From Verrucomicrobiota bacterium (lineage in GTDB: Bacteria > Verrucomicrobiota > Verrucomicrobiia > Limisphaerales > SXTU01): a stretch of DNA of 64,000 nucleotides. Position numbers and translations under genes: made by a program. The notes under the pieces were generated by a model. The model saw nothing but the letters and a program-made list of their open reading frames with translations, was not told the origin of the DNA and ran no database searches. This document shows positions 18,522-27,467 of this stretch, piece by piece (the first letter of the stretch is position 1; each line of letters begins with the position of its first letter). The stretch spans positions 25,015 to 89,014 of the forward strand of contig JACRKB010000073.1 in NCBI GenBank assembly GCA_016235545.1, read 5' to 3'.

Positions 18522-20033
18522 GTGAAAGCCATCGTAGTCGTTTTCGATTCCCTCAACCGCCATTGCCTGCCGCCCTACGGGGGCGAGGGCGTCCACGCGC
18601 CGAATTTCACGCGGCTGGCGGCGCGCACGGCGCGCTTCGAGGCGTCCTACGTCTGCTCGATGCCGTGCATCCCCGCGCGGCGGGATTTCCTCACCGGCCG
18701 CCCGAATTTCCTGCACCGCAGTTGGGGGCCGATGGAGCCGTTCGACGACGCGTTTCCGGAGATGCTCGGCCGCGCCGGCGTGCACACGCACCTCGTGACG
18801 GACCACCAGCATTACTTCGAGGACGGCGGGCTCAACTACCACACGCGCTACTCCTCGTGGGAGTTCTTCCGCGGCCAGGAAGGCGATCCCTGCTGCGGCC
18901 TCGCCGGCGATCCGTTGTGGCCACCGCGCGCGGCCGGGCAGAACGCCGCGCGCTCCGATCTGGTGCGGCAAGACCTCGTCAACCGCCAGCACCTGCTCAA
19001 GCGCGAGACCGACTGGCCGCAGCGGAAGACCTTCGACGCGGGGCTCGACTTCATCGGCCGCAACCATGCGCGTGACGGCTGGCTGCTCCAGATCGAGACC
19101 TTCGATCCGCACGAACCTTTCTTCAGTCCACCCGAAGCCAAGGCGGCCTACGCCGACCATTTCGCGAAGTATCGCGGCCCCGAGTTCGACTGGCCCGCCT
19201 ACGATGCCGTGAAGGAGGGTCCGGACGAGGTGCGGCATTGCCAGATGGAATACGCCGCGCTGGTCACCTATTGCGACCGCCAGCTCGGCCGCGTGCTCGA
19301 CGCGATGGATGCGCACGACCTGTGGCGCGACACGATGCTCGTCGTGTGGACCGACCACGGCTTCCTGCTCGGCGAGCACGACTGCTGGGCCAAGATGCAT
19401 GTGCCGTGGTATGAGGAACTGGCGCGCACGCCGTTCTTCGTGTGGGATCCGCGCTGCGGCGCCGCCGGCGTCGCCCGGCAGGCGCTCGTGCAGCCGTCCA
19501 TCGACCTCGCGCCCACGCTGCTGGATTTCTTCGGCGTGCCGGCCGCGCCGCACATGACCGGGTGCAACCTCCGCGCCACGCTCGCCGCCGACACGCCCGT
19601 GCGCGACGCCGCGCTCTTCGGCACCTGGGGCGGGCAGGTCAACCTCGCCGATGGGCGCCATGTCTACATGCGGGGCACGCAAAGACCCGGCGTGGCGCTG
19701 CACGAATATACGCTCATGCCGGCGCGCATGCGCCGCCTTTTCTCGCGGGAGGAACTCGCGCCGGATCGCGTCGCACTCTGCGGCCCGCTGCCCTTCACCA
19801 AGGGCATGCCCGTGCTCCGCGTGCGCCACACCGGCGGCCCACTCGACGGCGTCGTGCCGCCGGATAATCCCGAGACTGCGCGCACGCTGCTCTTCGACCT
19901 TGCGCGCGACCCGCGCCAGCAGGCGCCGCTCGCCGACCCCGCGCTGGAGGCGCGGCTGGCCGCGCGGCTCGCCGCCGGGATGCGCGCCGTGCACGCGCCG
20001 CCCGAGCAATTCGAGCGCCTCGGCCTCGCCTGA
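18522..20033 (+). CDS. Cys-type sulfatase without a recognisable signal peptide (predicted cytoplasmic)
   Basis: (V/M)KAIVVVFDSLNRH...YVCSMPCIPARRDFLTGR contains the C-x-P-x-R formylglycine motif followed by LTG. The start is either GTG 18522 or ATG 18468. Neither N-terminus has a hydrophobic h-region or a twin-arginine motif. Confidence 0.85.
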   Translation: MKAIVVVFDSLNRHCLPPYGGEGVHAPNFTRLAARTARFEASYVCSMPCIPARRDFLTGRPNFLHRSWGPMEPFDDAFPEMLGRAGVHTHLVTDHQHYFEDGGLNYHTRYSSWEFFRGQEGDPCCGLAGDPLWPPRAAGQNAARSDLVRQDLVNRQHLLKRETDWPQRKTFDAGLDFIGRNHARDGWLLQIETFDPHEPFFSPPEAKAAYADHFAKYRGPEFDWPAYDAVKEGPDEVRHCQMEYAALVTYCDRQLGRVLDAMDAHDLWRDTMLVVWTDHGFLLGEHDCWAKMHVPWYEELARTPFFVWDPRCGAAGVARQALVQPSIDLAPTLLDFFGVPAAPHMTGCNLRATLAADTPVRDAALFGTWGGQVNLADGRHVYMRGTQRPGVALHEYTLMPARMRRLFSREELAPDRVALCGPLPFTKGMPVLRVRHTGGPLDGVVPPDNPETARTLLFDLARDPRQQAPLADPALEARLAARLAAGMRAVHAPPEQFERLGLA

Positions 20034-20053
20034 ACGGCGCGGGCGCCGCTCCC

Positions 20054-21112
20054 TCACCGCGGCCGGCGTTCGGATGTCGTCGGGCCGTCCTGCCAGCGTC
20101 CTTCGACCAGAGTCGTCTGAGGCAGCACGGGCAGGCCGCGCTCGCCGCGGTAAAGCTGGCCCACCACTACGTCCGCCGCGACCCGCCCGACGACCTCAAG
20201 CCGGTGGTCGTAGCCGGTGCAGGGCAGGCGCGTCATTCGATGCGCGAGGCTGACGAAGCCGACCTCGTCCGGCACCGCGACGCCGATCGCCTCGAGCCAG
20301 TGCAGTGTCTCGTCGCCGAAGCCCAGGATGGCGTCCGGCCGGTGGGCGCGGAACCAGGCGAGGAATTTCTCGCGTTCGTATTCGTCGATGCGGGGGAAGG
20401 GCACGGCGCGCATCGCCGTGGGGCAGCGCTCGAAGTAATGCAGGAAGCCCGCCGTCCACAGTCCCCGGCTGCGCTCTTCGTCCGCGCGGCCGATGTGCAT
20501 GCCCACGCGGCGGTAGCCCAGCCGCTCCAGCCGGAGCAGCACCTCGTGCACGCAGTAGCAGTAATCGTAGAACACGCGGGAGAGGCCGGCGTTGGCCTCG
20601 AAGTAGCCGATCGCCGCGACGGCGAACGGCGCCCAGTTCATGTTCCAGCGGAAAAACGGCGAATGCAGCGGCGCGATCACGAGTCCCTCGATGCCGCGGG
20701 CCACGAGGATCTGGCCGAGGCGCTGGTCGGTCATCGACTCCGGCTGGAAGGAGATCGTCTCGAAATCGAAGCCGAGCTCCTCCGCGCGCTCCTGCGCGCC
20801 GGCCTGGTAGGCGCTGATCACGTTCCAGATGCCCGGCGGCTCCTGCGCGGGCGGACCCCAGGTGTTGACGAAGCCGATGGTCGGACGGTTGCGCGGCGAG
20901 GCCCGGGTGCGGACCTGCATCATGAGCGCGTTGACCAGCGGATTGGGCCGATAGCCGAGCTTCTCGGCGGCGCGCAGCACGCGCTGGCGGGTGCGGGCAT
21001 CGACGTTGCCGAGGTTGCGCAGCGCGAGCGAAGCGGTGGATTTGGCCACGCGCGCCGCGCGGGCGATCTGGGAGAGGGTGACGGGCACAGGCGACCTCCG
21101 GGAGTGGGCCAT
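20054..21112 (-). CDS. LacI-family transcriptional regulator
   Basis: HTH VTLSQIARAARVAKSTASLALRNLGNVDARTRQRVLRAAEKLGYRPNP. Start moved to ATG 21112 (MAHSRRS...); the ORF track extends to 21265. Confidence 0.9.
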   Translation of the reverse strand: MAHSRRSPVPVTLSQIARAARVAKSTASLALRNLGNVDARTRQRVLRAAEKLGYRPNPLVNALMMQVRTRASPRNRPTIGFVNTWGPPAQEPPGIWNVISAYQAGAQERAEELGFDFETISFQPESMTDQRLGQILVARGIEGLVIAPLHSPFFRWNMNWAPFAVAAIGYFEANAGLSRVFYDYCYCVHEVLLRLERLGYRRVGMHIGRADEERSRGLWTAGFLHYFERCPTAMRAVPFPRIDEYEREKFLAWFRAHRPDAILGFGDETLHWLEAIGVAVPDEVGFVSLAHRMTRLPCTGYDHRLEVVGRVAADVVVGQLYRGERGLPVLPQTTLVEGRWQDGPTTSERRPR

Positions 21113-21118
21113 TACGGG

Positions 21119-21134
21119 CTCGAACGTGTTCGAG
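21119..21134. promoter_or_regulatory. Candidate LacI operator CTCGAA-CGTG-TTCGAG (autoregulatory position)
   Basis: Same 16-mer as 18442-18457 in the opposite orientation. It lies 7 nt upstream of the LacI start codon and ~100 nt upstream of the divergent GPH transporter gene. Confidence 0.55.
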
Positions 21135-21234
21135 CGCGAGTCAATTGTTTCCCCGGCTCGGGCCGCCGACACTCGCTTCCCCGCGTTCATCCCCGCCCGG
21201 CCGCTTCCGCGATCACCCGCCACTCCCGACCTCC

Positions 21235-22623
21235 ATGCCCCAGCCGTCCGTCGCCACACCGCCACCCGAGGAGCGCCTCACCGTGGCGCAGAAAACCGCC
21301 TTCGGCCTCGGGTTCACCGGCAACACCCTCATGGGCATCGGCATTGAGACGATGCTCTTCCCGGTGTTCGCGCTTTATCTCGGCCTCTCGCCGCAGGTGA
21401 TCGGCCTCGCCGTCGCCCTGCCCCGGCTGTGGGACGGCGTGATGGACACCGTGATCGGCACCTACAGCGACAATTTCCGCTCCCGCTGGGGGCGGCGCCG
21501 GCCGTTTATCGTCGTCGGCGCGGTGGCGAGCGGCCTCGCCTACGCGCTCATCTGGATGGCGCCGCGCGGACTGGGCTCAAGCGGGCTGACCGCGTGGCTG
21601 CTCGTCACGCTGATCGTGTTCTGGACGGCGAACGCGGCCTTCTTCGTGCCGCTGGAGGCGCTCGGCATGGCGTTGTCGAAACACTACGACGAGCGGACCT
21701 CGCTGATGGGTTTCCGGAGTTTCTTCGCCAAGGTCGGCACGCTGGCCAGCAGTTGGAGTTTCTGGCTGGTCGAGAAGGGCTGGTTCGGCGCCGGGCAGCG
21801 CGGCGCGATCATCGTCGGCGCGATCTGGGGCGTCCTCATCATGCTGTTCGGCGCGTGGCCGGGCGTGTTCCTGCGCGAGCGCGCGGACGCGGCGGCGCCG
21901 CCGGCGGTGAAGTTCTGGCATTCGCTGAAGACGGCAGTGCGCAACGCCTCGTTCCGGCGCATCACCCTCTATCTGCTTTTCATGGCGGCCTCCGTCTCGG
22001 TCTCCTCGGCAGTGCAGTTCTACACGACGCTGTTCTGGGTGGCGCAGGGCGATTCCAAGCTCACCTCGCTGCTCACCGGCGCGGCCAGTTCGCTGAACAT
22101 CGTCTGCGGCATGCTGTCGCTGCCGCTCGTGAGCTGGGGCGCGCGGCACATCGGCAAGCACCGGATGGCGCTGGTGTCGGCCTTCGTCACCGCGCTGGGC
22201 GGGCTGCTCAGCTGGTGGTTCCTCACGCCGGCGCTCCCGTGGCTGTCGCTCGCGGTTGCGCCGTTCTTCGGCATCGGCATCACGGCGGTTTACCAGCTCT
22301 ACTTCGCGATGGTGGCGGACGTAGCGGAGGAGGGCGCGCTGCGCCACGGCGTCCGCAACGAGGGCATGTATTCGGCGATCTCGAACTGCATGATCAAGGC
22401 CGGGCTGGCGCTCTCGTTCGCCCTCGGCGGCGCACTGGTCCACTGGCTGGGTTTCACTGGCAACGACATCCGCCCGACGCCGGAGATGCTCGGGCACTTG
22501 CGTGTGCTGCGCGCGCTCCTGCCGGCGGGCACCGCCGCCCTGGCGATGCTGTTCGTCATCGGTTACCCGCTTACCAAGGAGCGCCTCGAGGCGCTGCGCG
22601 CGCAGGCGGCGCGGCCGGCCTGA
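21235..22623 (+). CDS. Glycoside-pentoside-hexuronide (GPH)/MFS-type cation symporter
   Basis: LTVAQKTAFGLGFTGNTLM...PRLWDGVMDTVIGTYSDNFRSRWGRRRPFIVVG matches the GPH hallmark D-x-x-x-G-x-x-S-D-(x)-R-S-R-x-G-R-R-R-P, with ~12 TM helices. Start at ATG 21235. Confidence 0.85.
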   Translation: MPQPSVATPPPEERLTVAQKTAFGLGFTGNTLMGIGIETMLFPVFALYLGLSPQVIGLAVALPRLWDGVMDTVIGTYSDNFRSRWGRRRPFIVVGAVASGLAYALIWMAPRGLGSSGLTAWLLVTLIVFWTANAAFFVPLEALGMALSKHYDERTSLMGFRSFFAKVGTLASSWSFWLVEKGWFGAGQRGAIIVGAIWGVLIMLFGAWPGVFLRERADAAAPPAVKFWHSLKTAVRNASFRRITLYLLFMAASVSVSSAVQFYTTLFWVAQGDSKLTSLLTGAASSLNIVCGMLSLPLVSWGARHIGKHRMALVSAFVTALGGLLSWWFLTPALPWLSLAVAPFFGIGITAVYQLYFAMVADVAEEGALRHGVRNEGMYSAISNCMIKAGLALSFALGGALVHWLGFTGNDIRPTPEMLGHLRVLRALLPAGTAALAMLFVIGYPLTKERLEALRAQAARPA

Positions 22624-22778
22624 GGCATTCATCCTATTTCATCCTTGAAAACGAAAACAGGCAGCGGGCACACCTGCGCGGATCGAAAGCTCCCGGTCGC
22701 GCGGTCCGGCCTCCGTCAGTTCCACCGCGCACCTTCCGCGGCCCGCCCGCCGGCGGAGCGACCCGGGAATTTCGACCC

Positions 22779-24134
22779 ATGAGCATCAAATCCCACCCCC
22801 GCACCTTTCCTCCGCGCTTCGCGTGGGGCGTCGCCACCGCCGCTCCGCAGATAGAGGGCGCCGCCTTCGCCGACGGCAAGGGCGAGTCCATCTGGGACCG
22901 CTACTGCCGCGTGCCCGGCAAGGTGCATAACGGCGACACGCTCGACGTCGCCTGCGACCACTACCGGCGCTACCGGAGCGACGTGGCCCTCATGGCCCGG
23001 CTGGGCGTGAAACACTACCGTCTCTCGCTCGCGTGGCCGCGCCTGCTTCCCCAGGGCCGCGGCCCGGTGAACCAGAAGGGCGTCGATTTCTACCACCGGC
23101 TCCTCGACACGCTGCACGCGCACGGCATCACGCCCTGGGTCACGCTGTTCCACTGGGATCTGCCGCAGGCCCTGGAGGACGAGGGCGGCTGGCGGCGGCG
23201 GACCACCGCCGACGCTTTCGCCGGTTATGCCGACCTCGCCGTCCGCTCGTTCCGCAGCCAGGTGAAAAACTGGATCACGTTGAATGAGACCAATTGCTTC
23301 ACGCGCCTTGCCTACGGCGGCGGCGACAAGGCGCCCGGCGCCAATGACGGCGAGGCCGTCGTCAACCAAGCCTACCATCACGCCATGCTCGCGCACGGGC
23401 ACGGCGTGCGCGCCGTGCGCGAACACGGCGGACGCGGCGCGCGCGTCGGCATCACCGACAACCCCATTGTCTCGGTGCCCGTCACGGAAACGGCGGCCGA
23501 CATCGCGGCGGCGCGCGACCTGTTCCGCTTCGAGAGCGACCGCGTGCTCGGCGCGATCTGCAACGGCCGCTACTCCGAGCGATACCTGCGCGCGGCCGGC
23601 GCGGACGCGCCGCGCTTTGACCCGCGCGATTTCCAGCTGATCGGCCAGCCGACGGACTTCCTCGGCCTGAACATCTACACCGGCCAGTTCGTCCGCGCGG
23701 GCCGGCGCGGACGCCCCGAGATCCTGCCGTTCCCCGCCGGCTACCCGCGCGCCGACAGTCCCTGGCTTTATCTCCTGCCGCAGGCGATGTATTGGGGCGC
23801 GCGTTTCGCCGCCGAGCTGCGCGGCGTCCGCTCCCTCTACATCACCGAAAACGGCGCAGGCTACGACGACGCGCCGCCGGCCGGCGGCGAGGTGCTCGAC
23901 CTGCACCGCCGCGAATACGTCCGCCAGTGCCTCGGCGAACTGCATCGCGCCATCGGCGACGGCGCGCCGGTCGACGGTTATTTCCTCTGGTCGCTGATGG
24001 ACAACTTCGAGTGGCAGGACGGCTACGCCCGTCGGTTCGGCATCGTTTACAACGATTTCGCCACGCAGAAGCGCACACCGAAGCTCAGCGCGCGCTGGTA
24101 TGCCGAAGTGATGAAAACCAACCGCCTGTTGTGA
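22779..24134 (+). CDS. GH1 family beta-glucosidase/beta-glycosidase (cytoplasmic)
   Basis: FAWGVATAAPQIEGA..., HYRLSLAWPRL, TLFHWDLPQALED, acid/base region WITLNETN and nucleophile YITENGAGY. No signal peptide. Start at ATG 22779 within track ORF 21429-24134. Confidence 0.92.
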   Translation: MSIKSHPRTFPPRFAWGVATAAPQIEGAAFADGKGESIWDRYCRVPGKVHNGDTLDVACDHYRRYRSDVALMARLGVKHYRLSLAWPRLLPQGRGPVNQKGVDFYHRLLDTLHAHGITPWVTLFHWDLPQALEDEGGWRRRTTADAFAGYADLAVRSFRSQVKNWITLNETNCFTRLAYGGGDKAPGANDGEAVVNQAYHHAMLAHGHGVRAVREHGGRGARVGITDNPIVSVPVTETAADIAAARDLFRFESDRVLGAICNGRYSERYLRAAGADAPRFDPRDFQLIGQPTDFLGLNIYTGQFVRAGRRGRPEILPFPAGYPRADSPWLYLLPQAMYWGARFAAELRGVRSLYITENGAGYDDAPPAGGEVLDLHRREYVRQCLGELHRAIGDGAPVDGYFLWSLMDNFEWQDGYARRFGIVYNDFATQKRTPKLSARWYAEVMKTNRLL

Positions 24135-24237
24135 ACTCCAACCACCGCCCCTCGAACCCGGCCCCGACGACGCCCGCCTTGCGCCCCGGGAATGGCGGCG
24201 GCCGGTGCCAACGCCACGGGCGCGCAGAGGAGCGGCG

Positions 24238-26064
24238 ATGCAGGAGCTGACCGGAGCTGCGGAGCTGGCGGAGCGCTCGGTCGGGGTCATCGCGCGACGC
24301 CTGCGCGCGAACCTGCGCCCGCCCCTCGCCGCGGAGTTGCGGGGGGCGCGGACATTCGACTGGCGCGCGGATCTCGCGGCCGGCGCCACCGTGGCGTTGC
24401 TGACCGTTCCCCAGTGCCTCGGCTTCGCGCTGATCGTGGGCCTGCCCCTCGATGTGGTGCTGGGCACCGCGGTGATCGGCGCCGTGGTCTGCACGGTGTT
24501 CTCCTCGTCGCGACACCTCGTCTTTGGGCCGACCAACACCATCAGCATCCTGCTCGCGGGCGCGGTTTTCTCCCTCGGCGACGTGCCGCTCACGCCGCTG
24601 GAGAAGGTGCTGCTGATCGGCATGCTCGTCGGCGCCTTCCAACTCGCCGCCGGCTTATCCGGCACAGGCCGGCTCGCCCGCTTCGTCTCGCGGCCCGTGG
24701 TGCTGGCCTACACGACCGGCGTGGGCGTGCTCATCGCCGCCAGCCAGCTCTCGCACCTCCTCGGCATCGGCCGCTCGTCCGATGTCACGCTGCCCGGCAC
24801 AATCCGGCATCTGGTCATCAGCCTGCTGACGTGGGATCTGCACTGGGTGACGTTGCTGGTCGGATTGGGCAGCCTCGCGCTGCTGCTCGTGTTGCGTCGC
24901 TGGCGCCCGGCTTGGCCGGAAGGGCTGATCGTGATGCTGCTGGCGGCGGTGGTTTTCAAGTTCGCGCACGAGCGGTTGCCAGGAGTCATGCTCGTCGGCG
25001 GCATGGACGAGCTGCAATTCCTGCCACACTGGGTCGGCTTGCCGCTCAATCTCGAGGGGCTGGCGCTCGTTCCACGCATCGTGGCCACCGCGCTGGCCAT
25101 CGCCCTGCTGGGGATGCTGGAGGCGGTCTCGATCGCCAAGAGCCTGGCGGCGCGCTCGGGGCAGCGCATCGATCCCGACCAGGAGCTGATCGGCATGGGT
25201 GCCGCCAACATCCTGTGCTCCGCGTTCGGCGCGATGCCCGGCTCAGCCTCGTTCCTGCGCAGCGCCGCCAACCTGCAGAGCGGCGCGCGCTCGCGGCTCG
25301 CGACGGTGCTGAGCTGCAGCCTGATTCCGGTGCTCGTGTTCGCGCTCTCGCCGCTACTCGCCTCGATTCCCGTGGCCACGCTGGCCGCCTACCTGGTGCT
25401 GATTGCCTTCCGCCTGCTCAACCCGCGGCAGGTGACGGTGGTGCGCCGCTCCACGCGCTCCGACGCGGCGGTGTTCTGGGTCACGCTCGGCTCGACGCTC
25501 TTCCTGCCCCCGGACACCGCGATCTACATCGGGGTCGGGCTGTCCGTCGGGCTTTTCCTGCAAAAGGCGAGCGAGCCCTCGCTGGTTGAATACGCGGTGG
25601 ACGAGACCGGGGCGCTGCGGGCCGCCCCCGCCCGCGCCGACGTGCCTCCCCAAATCTCCATCGTGCACGTGGAGGGCGATCTCTTCTTCGGCGCGGCCGA
25701 TCCGTTCCACGACCAGGTCCGGCAGCTCGCCGCCGAGGAACGCATCCGCGTCGTGATCCTGCGCCTGAAGAACGCGCGCCTGATCGACGCCAGCACGGTG
25801 TTGTCCCTGCTGCAGCTCCGCGAATTCCTGCACGGCGGCGGCCGGCACCTGCTGCTCAGCGGCGTGATGCCGCCGGCGATGCGCGTGCTCCGCGAAAGCG
25901 GCGCGCTCGCCGAGCTGGGCGAGGAGAACGTCTTCGTCGCCGAGGAAAATCCCACGGTGAGCACCAAGCGCGCCCTCCAGCGGGCGCAGGCCCTCCTCGG
26001 CGCGGCGCAACCCGAGGTCCGGCTCTTCTACGACACCCTCCCCGCGCCCGCCGGGGCGCAATGA
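24238..26064 (+). CDS. SulP-family anion (sulfate) transporter with a C-terminal STAS domain
   Basis: DLAAGATVALLTVPQCLGFALIVGLP and multiple TM helices, then a STAS-like tail (ISIVHVEGDLFFGAAD...VVILRLKNARLIDASTV). Start at ATG 24238, preceded by GAGGAG. Confidence 0.9.
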   Translation: MQELTGAAELAERSVGVIARRLRANLRPPLAAELRGARTFDWRADLAAGATVALLTVPQCLGFALIVGLPLDVVLGTAVIGAVVCTVFSSSRHLVFGPTNTISILLAGAVFSLGDVPLTPLEKVLLIGMLVGAFQLAAGLSGTGRLARFVSRPVVLAYTTGVGVLIAASQLSHLLGIGRSSDVTLPGTIRHLVISLLTWDLHWVTLLVGLGSLALLLVLRRWRPAWPEGLIVMLLAAVVFKFAHERLPGVMLVGGMDELQFLPHWVGLPLNLEGLALVPRIVATALAIALLGMLEAVSIAKSLAARSGQRIDPDQELIGMGAANILCSAFGAMPGSASFLRSAANLQSGARSRLATVLSCSLIPVLVFALSPLLASIPVATLAAYLVLIAFRLLNPRQVTVVRRSTRSDAAVFWVTLGSTLFLPPDTAIYIGVGLSVGLFLQKASEPSLVEYAVDETGALRAAPARADVPPQISIVHVEGDLFFGAADPFHDQVRQLAAEERIRVVILRLKNARLIDASTVLSLLQLREFLHGGGRHLLLSGVMPPAMRVLRESGALAELGEENVFVAEENPTVSTKRALQRAQALLGAAQPEVRLFYDTLPAPAGAQ

Positions 26065-26128
26065 CGCCGCCGCCGCGCGCGATGCAGATTGCCGCGCACG
26101 CGCGGACGCGCATCGTATCCGCTCACCC

Positions 26129-27418
26129 ATGCCGCCCGATTCCACCCGCGCCGATTCCCGCTCCGCCTTCGGCGTGATGACCAAGCCCATCGGGCCGCTC
26201 TGTAACCTCGACTGCGACTACTGCTATTACCTGGAGAAGGCGCACCTCTACCCGGGCGCGTCCAATCCCCGCATGTCGCCCGCGACCCTCGAACGCTACG
26301 TGCGCGACTACATCGCCGCGCAGCCGGGCCCGACGGTCAGCTTTGCCTGGCAGGGCGGCGAGCCCACGCTGCTCGGCGTGGGCTTCTTCCGCGAGGCCGT
26401 CGCGCTCCAGCGCCGCCACGCCGGCGGCAAGCGCATCGAGAACGCCCTCCAGACCAACGGCACCCTGCTCGACGACGAATGGGGCGCGTTCCTCGCCGCG
26501 GAGAATTTTCTCGTCGGCCTGAGCATCGACGGCCCGCGCCATCTGCACGACGCCTACCGCGTGGACAAGGGCCGCCAGCCCACGTTCGACCGCGTGCTCG
26601 CCGGACTCGAGGTGCTGCGCCGCCACCGCGTCGAGTTCAACACCCTCACGACCGTCCACCGGAAGAACTCCGCGCAACCGCGCGAGGTTTACCGCTTCCT
26701 CAAGTCGATCGGCTCGCGCTACCTCCAGTTCATCCCCATCGTCGAGCGGCCCGCGGCGGAGACCGGCGGCGACGAGGGCCTCTGGCTCGCTCCGCCGCCC
26801 GACCACGCCGGGGCAGCCGATCTCGACGGGCACGTTACTCCATGGAGCGTGCGGCCCGCCGACTACGGCCAGTTCCTCGGCACGATCTTCGACGAATGGG
26901 TGCGGCACGACGTCGGCCGCGTCTTCGTGCAGCAGTTCGACGCCGCCCTCGCCAACTGGTGCGGCGAGCCCGCCGGCATCTGCGTGTTCAACGAGAACTG
27001 CGGACACGGCCTCGCCCTCGAGCACAACGGCGACCTCTACAGCTGCGACCACTACGTCTATCCCGCCTACCGCCTCGGCAACCTGCTCAACGACCGGCTC
27101 GGCGACCTGGCCGCCTCGGCCCGCCAGCGCGAGTTCGGCCAGGCCAAGTCCGCCACCCTGCCCCGCTACTGCCGCGAGTGCCCCGTGCGCTTCGCCTGCC
27201 ACGGCGAGTGCCCCAAGCACCGCTTCCTCCGCACGCCGCAGGGCGAGCCCGGCCTCAATTACCTCTGCGCCGGCTACAAGAAATTTTTCCACCACATCGA
27301 CCCTGCGATGACCACCATGGCGGCGTTGCTCCAGTCGGGCCGTGCCCCGGCCGAGATCATGGCGTTGCCCCGCACGCACTGGCTGCCCGGCCGCACCAGG
27401 GCGGGCCGGACGCCGTGA
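26129..27418 (+). CDS. Anaerobic sulfatase-maturating enzyme (radical SAM / SPASM)
   Basis: Radical-SAM cluster motif CNLDCDYCYY, then GGEPTL. The C-terminal SPASM cysteine clusters read C..NENCGHG...YSCDHY and RYCRECPVRFACHGECPKHRF. Confidence 0.9.
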   Translation: MPPDSTRADSRSAFGVMTKPIGPLCNLDCDYCYYLEKAHLYPGASNPRMSPATLERYVRDYIAAQPGPTVSFAWQGGEPTLLGVGFFREAVALQRRHAGGKRIENALQTNGTLLDDEWGAFLAAENFLVGLSIDGPRHLHDAYRVDKGRQPTFDRVLAGLEVLRRHRVEFNTLTTVHRKNSAQPREVYRFLKSIGSRYLQFIPIVERPAAETGGDEGLWLAPPPDHAGAADLDGHVTPWSVRPADYGQFLGTIFDEWVRHDVGRVFVQQFDAALANWCGEPAGICVFNENCGHGLALEHNGDLYSCDHYVYPAYRLGNLLNDRLGDLAASARQREFGQAKSATLPRYCRECPVRFACHGECPKHRFLRTPQGEPGLNYLCAGYKKFFHHIDPAMTTMAALLQSGRAPAEIMALPRTHWLPGRTRAGRTP

Positions 27419-27419
27419 A

Positions 27420-27449
27420 CCGCCCCGCGCAGGTCGAATTGCGGGGCGG
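27420..27449. terminator. GC-rich hairpin between convergent genes (possible bidirectional terminator)
   Basis: CCGCCCCGC-(12 nt)-GCGGGGCGG, a 9-bp perfect stem lying between the anSME stop (27418) and the TBDR stop (27468). There is no U-tract, so its function is uncertain. Confidence 0.4.
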
Positions 27450-27467
27450 CCGAATTGCGGAGAAGGC

